Source: Candidatus Bathyarchaeia archaeon (GTDB taxonomy: Archaea; Thermoproteota; Bathyarchaeia; Bathyarchaeales; Bathycorpusculaceae). Taken from it: 64,000 nucleotides of DNA. Shown here in pieces: positions 30,101 through 40,052 of the stretch. The notes under the pieces are model-generated. The model saw nothing but the letters and a program-made list of their open reading frames with translations. It ran no database searches and was not told the origin of the DNA. The position numbers and the translations under genes were made by a program. Location of the stretch: NCBI GenBank assembly GCA_049512075.1, contig JBEKXL010000003.1, forward strand, positions 96,001 to 160,000. Reading direction: 5' to 3'. How positions within the stretch are numbered: the stretch's first letter is position 1; the number at the start of each line of letters is the position of its first letter.

Positions 30101-30303
30101 ATATCCACTTGAAATGGGCCTTGCATTTCCAAGCATTGCTTTGCGATCTCTGAAAAGCCAGCTTCATCATCGACGTGCAAGACCTTAAGTGGCTTTTTCT
30201 CGTTTGAGTCAACTACTACTTCTGCAGAAGACTCAACAGCACATTCAGTCACGCAAGCCACTTCCATGTTCCCATAGCTGATAACAACACGCGCGCTATT
30301 CAC
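27160..30303 (-). CDS. Hybrid sensor kinase: REC + five PAS + HisKA/HATPase
   Basis: HVDDE...SDYQMP REC; five PAS/PAC units; RHDVRN; NLIDNS, DDGVG, TGYGL. True start is probably a little downstream. Confidence 0.92.
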   Translation of the reverse strand: MNSARVVISYGNMEVACVTECAVESSAEVVVDSNEKKPLKVLHVDDEAGFSEIAKQCLEMQGPFQVDMATSVEEAKEKLKEETYDAVVSDYQMPGKDGLEFLKELRQSGNTVPFLIFTGRGREEVAIKALNLGADQYLNKNGDPETVYCELGHAIRTTVERKRAAEERTCAEMALRACGERYGRLFDSTIEGILINGSDGKISSLNPAAANILGYSNQKELIGTHAVKLYADPEDRTRVLRELMKNGYVKDWEMVWKKKDGILIEILASVTVQKDEKGNMLRTEGIFRDVTEKKKAEKALRESEEKYRTLANSLPEIAFEADEQGKLAFVNERTYVITGYTREDFAKGLNALDFLVPEHRGRAQENLKKVFSGEKTGTNEYTFQRKDGSTFPVLISSGPVVHEDKIVGLRGIVVDISQFKKMEMELSENQTRLQNIFDVSADAIVVIDLNGKVADCNEQAQKVFGYSSKSEFVGRNAFESAAKKDWQRAMENMERTLKQGLMRNIEYTIIAKNGSERLLSVSASVLKDLSGNPTGFVSVIEDITERKKAEEALRESEEKFRNLAEQSPNMIFINKKGRIVYANKKSEEIMGYTKEEFYSPDFNFLKLIAPESRELIKSDFAKHMKGEEAAPYEYKLLTRQGRTIDAILTSKLITYDGESAILGTVTDISERRQEHEVVRRSAEQARSLLEFQNKVIDTAIVWINLLDREGNVILWNRAAELISGYSREEVIGHKKIWEWLYPDPQYCAKIFAHQRRTIEHNESAFRDFETVIRCKDGALKTISWYSNNILDENGETVGSIAMGIDATELKKTEKDLQEAIERLAIMNEKLRVVGLLSRHDVRNKLQLVALKAYLAKRELPAESKVVEDLAAIEKAVQQSVEIFDFARVYEMLGSEELVYVDVEKTVSEAALLFLDLKGVNVVNECRGLTVLADSLLRQLFYNLIDNSLKYGQKVTRIKVHYERTSQDALKLVFEDDGVGIPIAEKPKLFKEGYSTGGSTGYGLYLIKKMMEVYGWTIQETGEPGKGAQFTMTIPETNQSGKEDYRIA

Positions 30304-30390
30304 TCAAGCAGTCTAACCGTTGATAAAACAATTATGAAGTCATAATCAATACCCAAAGTCGAAAAAAGTCGATGCTTATCCAAGTGCGGG

Positions 30391-31470
30391 CTAGGCCCTT
30401 TTCTTGGTTTCAACCTTCGCTTCTATCTTGTATCGAGCAAGGTTTTCTTTTACTTTGGAGCTTACTTTGTCTGGTGAAACGTCTTTGCTCAGATTGCCCC
30501 GAACTTCTACGTGCACCCGAGGGTTCGACCCGCTGTTCGTTAGAGGCAGTATGACAGCATCGTGAAATTTTGCCCATTTTCTCCAGTCCAACTCCACAGA
30601 AACGCCCACTGATGTGCATTGATCTGAACCTGAAGGTATGGTATTATACCTTTCTTTTGGTCTGCTTGGTTGTTCGCAAATCCTTCTTTCTTCAGCGGGT
30701 CGGTTAATGTTCCGAACGCTCGTATGTTGTATTTCATGACAACCCCCATTCTCAGTTTCAGATACTGCTTCTGTTTGATCGTAAGTCGCACCCGGTTTTT
30801 CATGTTCTGCAGCACGCGCGCTAGTATTCTTGAGAGCCAGTCCAACACAGTTGCTTGACAGAGGAAAAGCAGTGATGATGAACGTCTGCGTGGAACCGTC
30901 TTCAAAGGTCCGGTTATATGTTCCCACGTCTCTTGGTTTATTGGATCGCATTACCTCAACAAGAGTCTGCGGAATTCCTTCTTTGTCTGCTTCAGGAAAT
31001 ACTTCAGTGATTTTTTTTCCACAGACCTGGTCCATAGGCATTCTCAACAGTTTTGCGCCAGCAGCGTTGGAAACAACGAGCCTGAATGAATCTAGATTAT
31101 CCCAATCCTCGAGGGAAAAGACGACGATACTTCTTTGGAAGTTGGTGACAAACTCCTGGTGTATCCATGCGCAGGCTCGTCTCAGTGATTCGTTGAAGTC
31201 GAAATCGGACTCCTTCCAGTTGAAATCCATCCCAATCTTTTCATATAGTCGCTTTGCGATGCAATACTCGAGAACGCTTGCTCCGCTACCTAGGAGTTCG
31301 TTGATGACTCTTGTGAAAATTCCAGTTTTGAGCGGAATCTCTCTTTTCCTGACGTTGAGGCGTTCCAAGCAAAGATGAACCGCTGATTTCACCTCTTCTC
31401 CGAGAGAGGACAGAGACTCGTCTATGGCTTGAAGCAAGAGAAAGTCCAAGTCGCTTTTCAGCAATGACAA
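30391..31470 (-). CDS. DUF3227/NitrOD5-like + PAS-like + unrelated C-terminal domain (chimeric)
   Basis: LLLQAIDESLSSLGE...LGSGASVLE...RLYEKIG; NAAG...GKKITEVFP PAS; then a divergent tail. Confidence 0.65.
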   Translation of the reverse strand: MSLLKSDLDFLLLQAIDESLSSLGEEVKSAVHLCLERLNVRKREIPLKTGIFTRVINELLGSGASVLEYCIAKRLYEKIGMDFNWKESDFDFNESLRRACAWIHQEFVTNFQRSIVVFSLEDWDNLDSFRLVVSNAAGAKLLRMPMDQVCGKKITEVFPEADKEGIPQTLVEVMRSNKPRDVGTYNRTFEDGSTQTFIITAFPLSSNCVGLALKNTSARAAEHEKPGATYDQTEAVSETENGGCHEIQHTSVRNINRPAEERRICEQPSRPKERYNTIPSGSDQCTSVGVSVELDWRKWAKFHDAVILPLTNSGSNPRVHVEVRGNLSKDVSPDKVSSKVKENLARYKIEAKVETKKRA

Positions 31471-31526
31471 ATCCTCTTAGCACACGCATACAATGTCTAA
31501 GCTGGAGATCTAAACTGGTTCCCAAC

Positions 31527-32009
31527 TTAAGGTGTCGTGCGCTTTTCTTCCTGTGAAGCATTTGTCTGAAGCAGTTTAGCCGTTCGTTCTTTGACGAAAA
31601 CCTTAACTTTTTCCTCGGTCATCAGATCCTCTTCTTTTCGTTTTTTCAGTCCCTTTTCTATTGCCTCTAGGAGTTTGTCGGGCATAACTGGCTTCACAAG
31701 ATAGTCATCTGCTTCCTTTCTCACTGCCTCAATAGCATTGTCGACCGTCGGGTAACCTGTTACGATGATTTTCACAGTTCTCGGCGTTGATTCACCAAAC
31801 GCTGCCAGCAATTCTGTTCCTTCAACGTCTGGAAGTCTAATGTCTAACAAGGCCACATCAAAGGTTTTTTCCTTCGCTTTGTCCATCGCCTTTCTCCCTG
31901 TGTAAGCTATGTCCGTTTCATATCCTTCCTTCTCCAGCAACAGGCTTAACGCCTCACACGTGGTCTTGTCATCTTCTACGATGAGGATACTCTTTTTATC
32001 ATCCTTCAC
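31527..32009 (-). CDS. Response regulator (REC only)
   Basis: ILIVEDD, LLDIRLPD, VTGY, YLVKP. Confidence 0.92.
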   Translation of the reverse strand: MKDDKKSILIVEDDKTTCEALSLLLEKEGYETDIAYTGRKAMDKAKEKTFDVALLDIRLPDVEGTELLAAFGESTPRTVKIIVTGYPTVDNAIEAVRKEADDYLVKPVMPDKLLEAIEKGLKKRKEEDLMTEEKVKVFVKERTAKLLQTNASQEEKRTTP

Positions 32010-32947
32010 TTTTCTTCACCTCTCTCTGGCTCAATTCTCAACATATCGGGCTTTGTAGGTTTCGACTTGTTTTTTTGATTGATATTGCGCGGGAGTTTGT
32101 TACGCAATGTTTCCTGAACCAAAGCAAGAAGGATCGTCATAGCCTGAAATACTAAAAAGTTATGAATTCAAAAGATGGATTGCTCCTTCCTCGCGCGCTA
32201 ACAGCTGATGGAACAACGTAAAAGCCTTGCACAAAAGAACGTGCAAACAGGCCGCCGACAGCATTTCAAGGAATATTCGATGAATATTCAGTTAAACAAG
32301 CCCATTCCTTTGAGAACTAGTCGCAGTACAAAGACTATCATAGCAGGGCAAGAAGACCGTTCTCTTGTTTGCCCTTTGAGGGACAGAGGAAGAAAAGGGT
32401 TTGAAACACGACTGTCACACGATTTTGCAACAGAGACACATAAGACCCCCATATTGTAAGAGTGCGCGTACTAACATAGTTAACATTGAAAACCTAGCAT
32501 CTTGTCACAAGAATAGCGCACGCAGCAGACAAATGCTTTCGCAACCCCTCCTGTGGAATTCTCTTCCTCGCTCTTATGCCCGCGATAGTTACATTCGTAT
32601 TCTTGCCTGTGAGAAAAATGAGACAAATGAAAATGCCTAGACGCCACTCCGAACGCGGACCACAATAAAAGACAGGAAGGCAATACGAGAAAAACTGAAA
32701 ATCAGATGCCCCTTCTTTGGCAATTCTTATTATGATATCAAAAACAAGTGTCCTTGTTGCAGTCAAAGACCACTTGACTCAGGTTCGAAAGGCACTTAGG
32801 TGTGGGAGAACTTCAAAAGGGTCTGTGCGAAAATACGCTGCCATTTAGCGCGCGCATATCATACAAGTGCGCGTTACTGCAGCAGGGTAGTACAGAAAGT
32901 TTAAAACTCCTTAAGTTGCAAGGTATTAGTCGCAGGAGGAAAGCATT

Positions 32948-33565
32948 ATGGAAACAAGCAAACTCTACGCTCTGCCGAAGCTGCCGTACGATTACGGAGA
33001 CCTTCAGCCCTACATGTCCAAAGAGCAATTGACGATACACCATGACAAGCATCATCAAGGATACGTCAACGGTGCAAACGCGATACTCCAAAAGCTGGAC
33101 AAGGCCAGAAAGGAAGGAGCAGACTTGGATGTCAAATCCACCTTGAAGGAACTCTCCTTCAACATAGGCGGAAATCTTCTCCACTCACTGTTCTGGAACA
33201 ACCTAGCACCACCTAAGAAAGCAGGCGGAAAACTGGGCGGAGCCCTCGGCGACGCATTAGACAAGGAGTTCGGAAGCTTCGACAGGTTCAAGAAAGAATT
33301 CACTCAAGCAGCCCAGAGCGTCGAAGGCTCGGGATGGGCCGTGTTGACCATCGACAAACAAACAAAAAGACCCACAATAATGCAGGTAGAAAAACACAAC
33401 ACCAACGTCTACCCAGGCTTCCACATCCTCATGGTCCTAGACGTCTGGGAACACGCATACTACATCGACTACAAAAACGACAGAGCCAAATACATAGATG
33501 CATTCTGGAACATCGCCAACTGGAACAAACCAAACGAAAGACTCCAAGAATTCCAAAAAACCTAA
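32948..33565 (+). CDS. sod: Fe/Mn superoxide dismutase
   Basis: [23 protein letters not shown]. Confidence 0.96.
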   Translation: METSKLYALPKLPYDYGDLQPYMSKEQLTIHHDKHHQGYVNGANAILQKLDKARKEGADLDVKSTLKELSFNIGGNLLHSLFWNNLAPPKKAGGKLGGALGDALDKEFGSFDRFKKEFTQAAQSVEGSGWAVLTIDKQTKRPTIMQVEKHNTNVYPGFHILMVLDVWEHAYYIDYKNDRAKYIDAFWNIANWNKPNERLQEFQKT

Positions 33566-33783
33566 GAAAGCCAAAACAACCCCTAACAACCCACACTTTC
33601 TTTACCCCCACGAAAATTGAAAAACAAAAAAATCACGAATTGAGCACTCAAATGCAAAGGCTCACACACGAACAAGCCAACCATACGGAAGGCACATTCG
33701 CCAACATTCGCACCATCAAACCCAAACTAAATTATTATATGCAAGGCTGATAATACGCTAATCACGAAACGGCGAGTGTAAAA

Positions 33784-34068
33784 ATGGAGAAAATCCGAGT
33801 TAACGGCAAGAACAAGACGCATAAAGTTTTGATGTACGCGATAAGTACGTGCGCATGGTGCAAGATGACGAAGCAGTTCTTGAAAGACAGCGACATCGAC
33901 TACGAGTACGTCGACGTTGACATGACCAGCGACGAAGACCATGAGAAAATCAGAAAGGAAATCACGCGCCTCGGAGCCTCACCTAGCTACCCTATGGTAA
34001 TCGTCGACGAGAAAACCGTCATCACCGGCTTCCGCAAGGACAAGATAAAAGAGGCACTCGAGATTTGA
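33784..34068 (+). CDS. Glutaredoxin-like protein
   Basis: YAISTCAWC, YP...ITGF. Confidence 0.88.
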   Translation: MEKIRVNGKNKTHKVLMYAISTCAWCKMTKQFLKDSDIDYEYVDVDMTSDEDHEKIRKEITRLGASPSYPMVIVDEKTVITGFRKDKIKEALEI

Positions 34069-34625
34069 TCACGCTGGAAAAGGTCCGGCAGAGAGCTGAA
34101 AGCGACGCAAAAACCTACGGCTACTACCTGCATCCCGACCCTCAGTTTCTCCAAGACCTCCTCGAAGGACTGAGAAAAAACGAAGAACGGTACGGCTATC
34201 CTTCATGCCCTTGTAGACTCGCCACAGGAAACCTCGAGCTCGACCGAGACATAATCTGCCCATGCGACTACCGAGACCCAGATGTCGCCGAATACGGAAC
34301 CTGCTACTGCGCACTATACATGCGAAAAGACCTGTACGAAGGCAAAACACCCATAGCCCCCATCCCTGAACGCAGACCCCCAGAAAAACAAGCCAGAGCC
34401 TATGGCACGACAGGAGCAACCATACCCAAGCCAGCAACCCAACAAACCCCTGAAACCAGACCAGCCGACCCTGTGCAGCCCGACGTGGTCAAGAAGAAAC
34501 TCTGGTACTGCAAACAATGCGGCTACGTCGTATTCCGCGAAGATCCACCCTACGTCTGTCCAATCTGCAAGGCAAAGAGAGAAATGTTTGCTCAAATAGA
34601 AATAGGCACAAAAGTGCAGGGATAA
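34065..34625 (+). CDS. Ferredoxin:thioredoxin reductase-like catalytic subunit with C-terminal rubredoxin-like domain
   Basis: CPCR, CPC, CYC motifs; WYCKQCGY...CPIC. Confidence 0.9.
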   Translation: MITLEKVRQRAESDAKTYGYYLHPDPQFLQDLLEGLRKNEERYGYPSCPCRLATGNLELDRDIICPCDYRDPDVAEYGTCYCALYMRKDLYEGKTPIAPIPERRPPEKQARAYGTTGATIPKPATQQTPETRPADPVQPDVVKKKLWYCKQCGYVVFREDPPYVCPICKAKREMFAQIEIGTKVQG

Positions 34626-34647
34626 GGCAAGAACAGGACACGAGCGT

Positions 34648-34797
34648 CTACTTCGTCACCGCTATTTCAATCTTCTTCCAGTCTTTCTTCACATCCCGCA
34701 GTGAAGTCACAGCTCCGACTATCGTGCCTTCCAGGATTTTTTCAACGAACTCGTTCAAGTCTATCTCTTCACCGTCAACCAACAATTTAGCTTTCAA
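34648..34797 (-). CDS. 49-aa small protein resembling a stand-alone MobB C-terminal domain (not in ORF track)
   Basis: GGGGTGA SD + TTG; MKAKLLVDGEEIDLNEFVEKIL...SLRDV...IEI. Confidence 0.7.
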   Translation of the reverse strand: MKAKLLVDGEEIDLNEFVEKILEGTIVGAVTSLRDVKKDWKKIEIAVTK

Positions 34798-34893
34798 ACA
34801 CTATCACCCCCAACCTAACGCGTCATGCAGAGAGTAAAAAGCTTCTGTAAACCTTTTCTAGCAAAAGAACTCAAGAAGGACAGAGTGATAGGG

Positions 34894-35553
34894 TTGAAGA
34901 ACAACGCTGTGGAAGCGGACATGAAAACCAGAGCGTCAACGATAATCAGACTGCTGGAAAAGGAGTATCCACAGGCAAAGATAGCCTTGAAATACAACAA
35001 TCCGCTGGAGCTTCTGGTCGCCACGATCCTTTCGGCCCAGTGCACCGACGAAAGAGTAAACAAAGTCACTGCGACACTGTTCAAGAAGTACAGAAATGTA
35101 GGGGACTACGCCTACGCGGATTTGACGGAGCTTGAGCTGGACATAAGACCGACGGGTTTTTACAGGAACAAAGCCAAGAACATCAAGCAGACCGGCCAGA
35201 TACTCGCGGACAGGTTTAGTTCTCAAGTTCCGAAAACTATGGAGGAGATGCTGCAACTGCCCGGCGTGGCCAGAAAAACCGCGAACATCGTCCTGCAGAA
35301 CGCCTACGGAATCATCGAAGGAATAGCAGTGGACACACATGTGCGCAAAGTGTCCAAACGGCTCGGGCTTACGGAGAACGAAGATCAAGACAAAATAGAA
35401 CAGGACCTTATGGAAATCATCCCGAAAAACGAGTGGATGAGAATCACTGACCTGCTCATATTCCTGGGCAGAAACGTGTGTGTGGCCAAGAAGCCCCATT
35501 GCGAAGCGTGCGTGCTAAACAAGATATGCCCCTCAGCCTTCACATTCGACTGA
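34894..35553 (+). CDS. nth: Endonuclease III
   Basis: LSAQCTD, LPGVARKTAN, VDTHV, C-x6-C-x2-C-x5-C; start is 34894 or 34921. Confidence 0.95.
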   Translation: MKNNAVEADMKTRASTIIRLLEKEYPQAKIALKYNNPLELLVATILSAQCTDERVNKVTATLFKKYRNVGDYAYADLTELELDIRPTGFYRNKAKNIKQTGQILADRFSSQVPKTMEEMLQLPGVARKTANIVLQNAYGIIEGIAVDTHVRKVSKRLGLTENEDQDKIEQDLMEIIPKNEWMRITDLLIFLGRNVCVAKKPHCEACVLNKICPSAFTFD

Positions 35554-35665
35554 AAAGTCAAGTCACAAATCAAGCGACAACGAGTTTCTGACGCTCTCTT
35601 TCCTAGAAATCATACTCTAGAAAAATATAATTCGCTGATCATCCAATAGGCTGTGCGGGATTGAC

Positions 35666-36622
35666 TTGTCTGGACAAAATGCTGATGGGCCGAAGATAGT
35701 GGTCGTGGGCGCGGGGTTCGTTGGGACGGCCTTCGCGTATTCTCTTCTCATCCGCGGGTTGGCTTCTCAAATCGCCATTATAGACGTCAACAGGGAAAGG
35801 GCTGAGGGCGAGGTCATGGATTTGAACCATGGAATGGCGTTTGCTCAGCCTGTAAGAATATGGGCTGGCGACTATCCTGACTGTCAGGACGCTGACATCG
35901 TCGTCATCAGTGTGGACAGGGGGCAGAAGATTGAGCAGTCGCGGCTGGAGCTTGCTCGGGGAAACTTCGAGTTGATGAAACAAATCGTGCCCAACATCAC
36001 GAAGTACAATGACAAGTGCATCTTACTCGTCGTGACCAACCCGCTGGATGTTATGACCTACGCCGCTTTGAAGCTCAGCCGTTTTCCCAAAAACAGAGTA
36101 ATCGGATCTGGAACAATCCTGGACACTGCTAGGCTTCGATACCTGCTGGGTGAGCGTCTTCAGGTTGATCCCAGAAACGTCCACGCGTACATCATAGGAG
36201 AACACGGTGACAGCGAAGTGCCCGTGTGGAGCCTCGCAAACGTCGCGGGCATCAGGCTGAAGGACTATTACCCGTTGGCCAATGTGCCGTACGACCCGGT
36301 TGAGCTAGAAAACCTGTTCTTGAAGGTGAGGGGCGCCGGATACGAAATTATAAAGCGTAAGGGCAGGACTTTCTATGCGGTCGCCTTGGGAATGACGAAG
36401 ATCGTGGAGAGCATCGTTCGAAACGAGAACGCCGTGTCAACCGTGTCTTGTCTACTCGAGGATTATTATAGCGTGAGCGACGTCTGTCTGAGCGTTCCGG
36501 TCATTCTCAACCGAACCGGCATAAAAGAAACCATCAGGCTTCCACTCGATGAAAAGGAGATTGCTGATTTTCAGAAGTCAGCCACTATCATAAAAAACGT
36601 GGTGAACTCACTGGGCCTATGA
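35666..36622 (+). CDS. ldh: L-lactate dehydrogenase
   Basis: VGAGFVG, GQK...SRL, TNPLD, GTILDTAR, IGEHGDS. Confidence 0.88.
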   Translation: MSGQNADGPKIVVVGAGFVGTAFAYSLLIRGLASQIAIIDVNRERAEGEVMDLNHGMAFAQPVRIWAGDYPDCQDADIVVISVDRGQKIEQSRLELARGNFELMKQIVPNITKYNDKCILLVVTNPLDVMTYAALKLSRFPKNRVIGSGTILDTARLRYLLGERLQVDPRNVHAYIIGEHGDSEVPVWSLANVAGIRLKDYYPLANVPYDPVELENLFLKVRGAGYEIIKRKGRTFYAVALGMTKIVESIVRNENAVSTVSCLLEDYYSVSDVCLSVPVILNRTGIKETIRLPLDEKEIADFQKSATIIKNVVNSLGL

Positions 36623-36883
36623 ATACTAATTCTTTGTGACTTCAGAACATTGCAAATTGCGCGCCGTGAGTCTGGCAATAGCGTGTCACGCAGCTTTGTT
36701 GGGCTTCAGGCGGATATTCGAACCCTTGCTTCTGAGTACTCAAAACTTTTTTGAGACCCAATTTCATGCCGCTCCACGAGCGAGCCTAACCGGCGAAAAT
36801 TCGATGCATTCTCGAACCGTGACTACGCTAATCTTTGGATGGACGAAAACTGATTTAAGCCGACGGCGCCATATACGCTGAAC

Positions 36884-37444
36884 ATGGTTGAACTGGTTCA
36901 CATTCTTGGTTTCGCTGGAAGTTTAAGGAAGGATTCATACAACAAAGCATTGCTGCGGGTTGCAGCTGAACTGATGCCGAAGCATGCGGTGTTCGCGACT
37001 TTCGATCTTGAAGGAATCCCTCCGTTCAATCAGGACTTGGAAACTCGGCCACCTGGAAAAGTTGAGGACTTCAAGAGCAGTATCAGAGCGGCGGATGCAA
37101 TACTGATAGCGACGCCTGAATACAACTATTCTATCCCAGGAGTGCTCAAGAATGCAATCGATTGGGCTTCAAGGCCGCCAACTGATAATGTCTTCTACGA
37201 CAAGCCCGTGGCCATAATGGGCGCATCCACGGGGATGCTGGGAACAGCGAGAGCGCAGTATCACCTGCGACAATGCTTCGTCTTCCTAAACATGCACGCT
37301 GTCAACGAGCCGGAAGTCATGGTAAGTTATGCACGAGAAAAAATCGATGCAAACGGCAGGCTGAAAGACGAGAAAACAAGAAGATTGATTGGAGAGCTTG
37401 TTGAAAGCCTGATTGCCCTAACCGCGAGAATGGCGAAACAGTGA
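36884..37444 (+). CDS. NAD(P)H-dependent FMN reductase
   Basis: GSLRKDSYN, TPEYNYS, LKNAIDW. Confidence 0.92.
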   Translation: MVELVHILGFAGSLRKDSYNKALLRVAAELMPKHAVFATFDLEGIPPFNQDLETRPPGKVEDFKSSIRAADAILIATPEYNYSIPGVLKNAIDWASRPPTDNVFYDKPVAIMGASTGMLGTARAQYHLRQCFVFLNMHAVNEPEVMVSYAREKIDANGRLKDEKTRRLIGELVESLIALTARMAKQ

Positions 37445-37583
37445 ACCGGGCGCGCCAGGCTTGAACCTATAGAATTTCGCGATGTTTCATCCGGCTACTT
37501 GTAAAGGAATATCGTTTGAAAGAGTGAAGTATATATTTTTGTTTGACACGCTAAAAGTCTGCAAACCAAACGGAGAGGCTTCA

Positions 37584-38132
37584 ATGAGCGAAGAACAGAA
37601 GGAACCGCAAGAATACGCTGACCAAGTGGAGGCCTTGGCAAGGGCTTTGGATACGGAGAAGAAGCTTTCAGAGGAGTATCTCACGAGATTAAAGTACGCG
37701 CAGGCAGATGCTGAGAACCTGAAGAAAAGGTATGAAAGACAGATGGAGGAGGTCAGGAAATACTGCACGGAACCTCTCATCATGGAGCTTTTAGATGTTG
37801 TTGACGAGTTGGAGTTGGCTGTCAAGTCTGGCCGTTCCGCCAACTCTGCGGAGGCGGTAATTGAAGGTGTTGAAATGACCCTGAAAAAACTGAAAAAAGT
37901 GCTTGAAAATGAAGGGGTCTCTCCGATAGAGTGCTTGGGTAAACCTTTCGATCCCTCGAAACACAACGCTGTCGCCAAGACAGAAAAAGAAGGTGAGGAA
38001 GGATGCACTATAGCTGAAGAAGTCCGAAAAGGTTATACCATGAGGGAAAAAGTGATTAGACCGAGCGTCGTTAAGGTTGTGGTGAAACCTTCAAAATCAC
38101 AAAGGGAGATGAATTCAGATGAGCAATGTTAA
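37584..38132 (+). CDS. grpE: Nucleotide exchange factor GrpE
   Basis: [17 protein letters not shown]...VIRPSVVKV; upstream of dnaK. Confidence 0.92.
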   Translation: MSEEQKEPQEYADQVEALARALDTEKKLSEEYLTRLKYAQADAENLKKRYERQMEEVRKYCTEPLIMELLDVVDELELAVKSGRSANSAEAVIEGVEMTLKKLKKVLENEGVSPIECLGKPFDPSKHNAVAKTEKEGEEGCTIAEEVRKGYTMREKVIRPSVVKVVVKPSKSQREMNSDEQC

Positions 38133-39984
38133 AGCAGGAGAAAAAATACTCGGCATAGATTTGGGAACGACAAACTCGGCCGCGGCCATTTATGAGAACG
38201 GACGAGCAACGGTCATACCGAGTGCCGAAGGGCCAACAATGGCAGGAAAAATGTTCCCCTCAGTCGTGGCCTTCACCAAGGACGGCCAACTGTTAGTGGG
38301 CGAATCGGCAAAGAGACAGGCAACTGCCAACCCTGAAGGAACTGTATACGAAATAAAAAGAAAGATGGGGACCGATTACAAAGTAAGCATCTATGGAAAG
38401 GAGTATACCCCACAGCAGATTTCATCATTCATTCTGCAGAAGATAAAGAAAGACGCCGAAACTTATCTGGCAGTTCCAATAAAGAAAGCGGTGATCACGG
38501 TGCCTGCCCACTTCAACGACAACCAACGCCAAGCCACAAAGGACGCAGGGGAGATAGCAGGCTTCGAAGTTGCAAGAATAATCAACGAGCCAACGGCAGC
38601 TTGTCTTGCGTACGGAGTCGACAAGGTCCAGAAAGAGATGAAGATACTTGTCTTCAGCTTTGGCGGAGGCACGCATGACGTGACCGTGATGGATTTTGGA
38701 AAAGGAGTTTTCCAAGTGCTGTCAACCAGCGGCGACACGCAGATCGGCGGCACCGACCTGGACAAAGCAGTCATGGATTATCTCCTTGACGAATTCAAAA
38801 GACAGACAGGCGTCGACCTGGCTGCAGACAGAAATGCCATGGGAAGGCTTAAGGAAGCCGCAGAAAAAGCAAAGATAGAACTGTCGACGTTGATGGCGAC
38901 GGACATTGACCTGCCGTTCCTGTACTCTGACACTTCTGGGCCAAAACACTTGCACATCACTCTAACCCGAGCAAAACTTGAGGGACTGGCCCAGCCGATA
39001 GTGCAGAAAACAGAAGGCACGATAGTTAGGGCGCTTGAGGGCGCGAAGCTGACCCCGAAAGATATAGATAAGATAATTCTCATCGGTGGCATGACGAGAA
39101 TGCCTCTTGTTCAGAGGTATGTGGAACAGATAATGGGCAAACCAGCTGAAAGAGGCGTAGATCCAATGGAGTGTGTTGCAGTCGGCGCCGCGATTCAGGC
39201 AGCGGTGCTCACCGGAGAAGTGAAGGATCTGCTCTTGCTCGACGTTACGCCTTTGTCGCTCGGCGTTGAAACGCTTGGCCACATATTTACAAGGATACTT
39301 GAAAAGAACACCACCATCCCCACGCGGAGAAGCCAGATATTCACAACCGCGGCAGATTTTCAGACGGCGGTCACGATTCACGTGCTTCAAGGAGAACGGA
39401 CGATGGCGTCGGACAATGTCTCCCTAGGCATGTTCAACCTAGAAGGGATACCCCCATCTCCTAGAGGCGTTCCGCAGATAGAGGTAACCTTTGACATAGA
39501 CGCAAACGGAATACTCAACGTTACCGCCAAGGACCTGGGCACAGGAAAAGAGGCGAAAATAACGATAACTGCCTCAACAAAGCTGTCAAAAGAAGAGAAA
39601 GAGAAACTGATCAAAGATGGCGAACAATTTGCTGAACAAGACAAGAGGAAGCGTGACGAGGCCGAGCTGAGAAACAACGCGGACAACCTCATGTACACGG
39701 CTGAAAAGACAAAGAAAGATCTCGGAGAAAAACTCGCACAGGACCAGAAGAACAAGGTAGACGCGGCCGTTTCTGCGTTGAGAGATGCATTAGCGGGCAG
39801 CGATTTGGAGAAAATCAAAGTGACGTCTGATGAACTAACCAAGGTGCTTCAAGAGGTCGGAACAGCTGTTTATCAGCAAGCTGCTGCACAACAAGCGAAG
39901 CAGCAAGCTCCACCGCCCGGCGGCGGGGAGCCTCCAACAGGCGGCGGAAGAGTAGTTGACTCCGAGGATTTTAAGGTGAAGTGA
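38119..39984 (+). CDS. dnaK: Chaperone DnaK (Hsp70)
   Basis: [41 protein letters not shown]. Confidence 0.97.
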   Translation: MSNVKAGEKILGIDLGTTNSAAAIYENGRATVIPSAEGPTMAGKMFPSVVAFTKDGQLLVGESAKRQATANPEGTVYEIKRKMGTDYKVSIYGKEYTPQQISSFILQKIKKDAETYLAVPIKKAVITVPAHFNDNQRQATKDAGEIAGFEVARIINEPTAACLAYGVDKVQKEMKILVFSFGGGTHDVTVMDFGKGVFQVLSTSGDTQIGGTDLDKAVMDYLLDEFKRQTGVDLAADRNAMGRLKEAAEKAKIELSTLMATDIDLPFLYSDTSGPKHLHITLTRAKLEGLAQPIVQKTEGTIVRALEGAKLTPKDIDKIILIGGMTRMPLVQRYVEQIMGKPAERGVDPMECVAVGAAIQAAVLTGEVKDLLLLDVTPLSLGVETLGHIFTRILEKNTTIPTRRSQIFTTAADFQTAVTIHVLQGERTMASDNVSLGMFNLEGIPPSPRGVPQIEVTFDIDANGILNVTAKDLGTGKEAKITITASTKLSKEEKEKLIKDGEQFAEQDKRKRDEAELRNNADNLMYTAEKTKKDLGEKLAQDQKNKVDAAVSALRDALAGSDLEKIKVTSDELTKVLQEVGTAVYQQAAAQQAKQQAPPPGGGEPPTGGGRVVDSEDFKVK

Positions 39985-40052
39985 TAAGGTGAAGTGAGCG
40001 CTTCGGACGATATCGTTTAAACTCTCGAGATCTTTAGTCTGATGGTAGAACG

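Noticed and set aside
32208-32766. Short ORFs in the region before sod
   Set aside because: Overlapping, no recognisable domains or SD; treated as non-coding.
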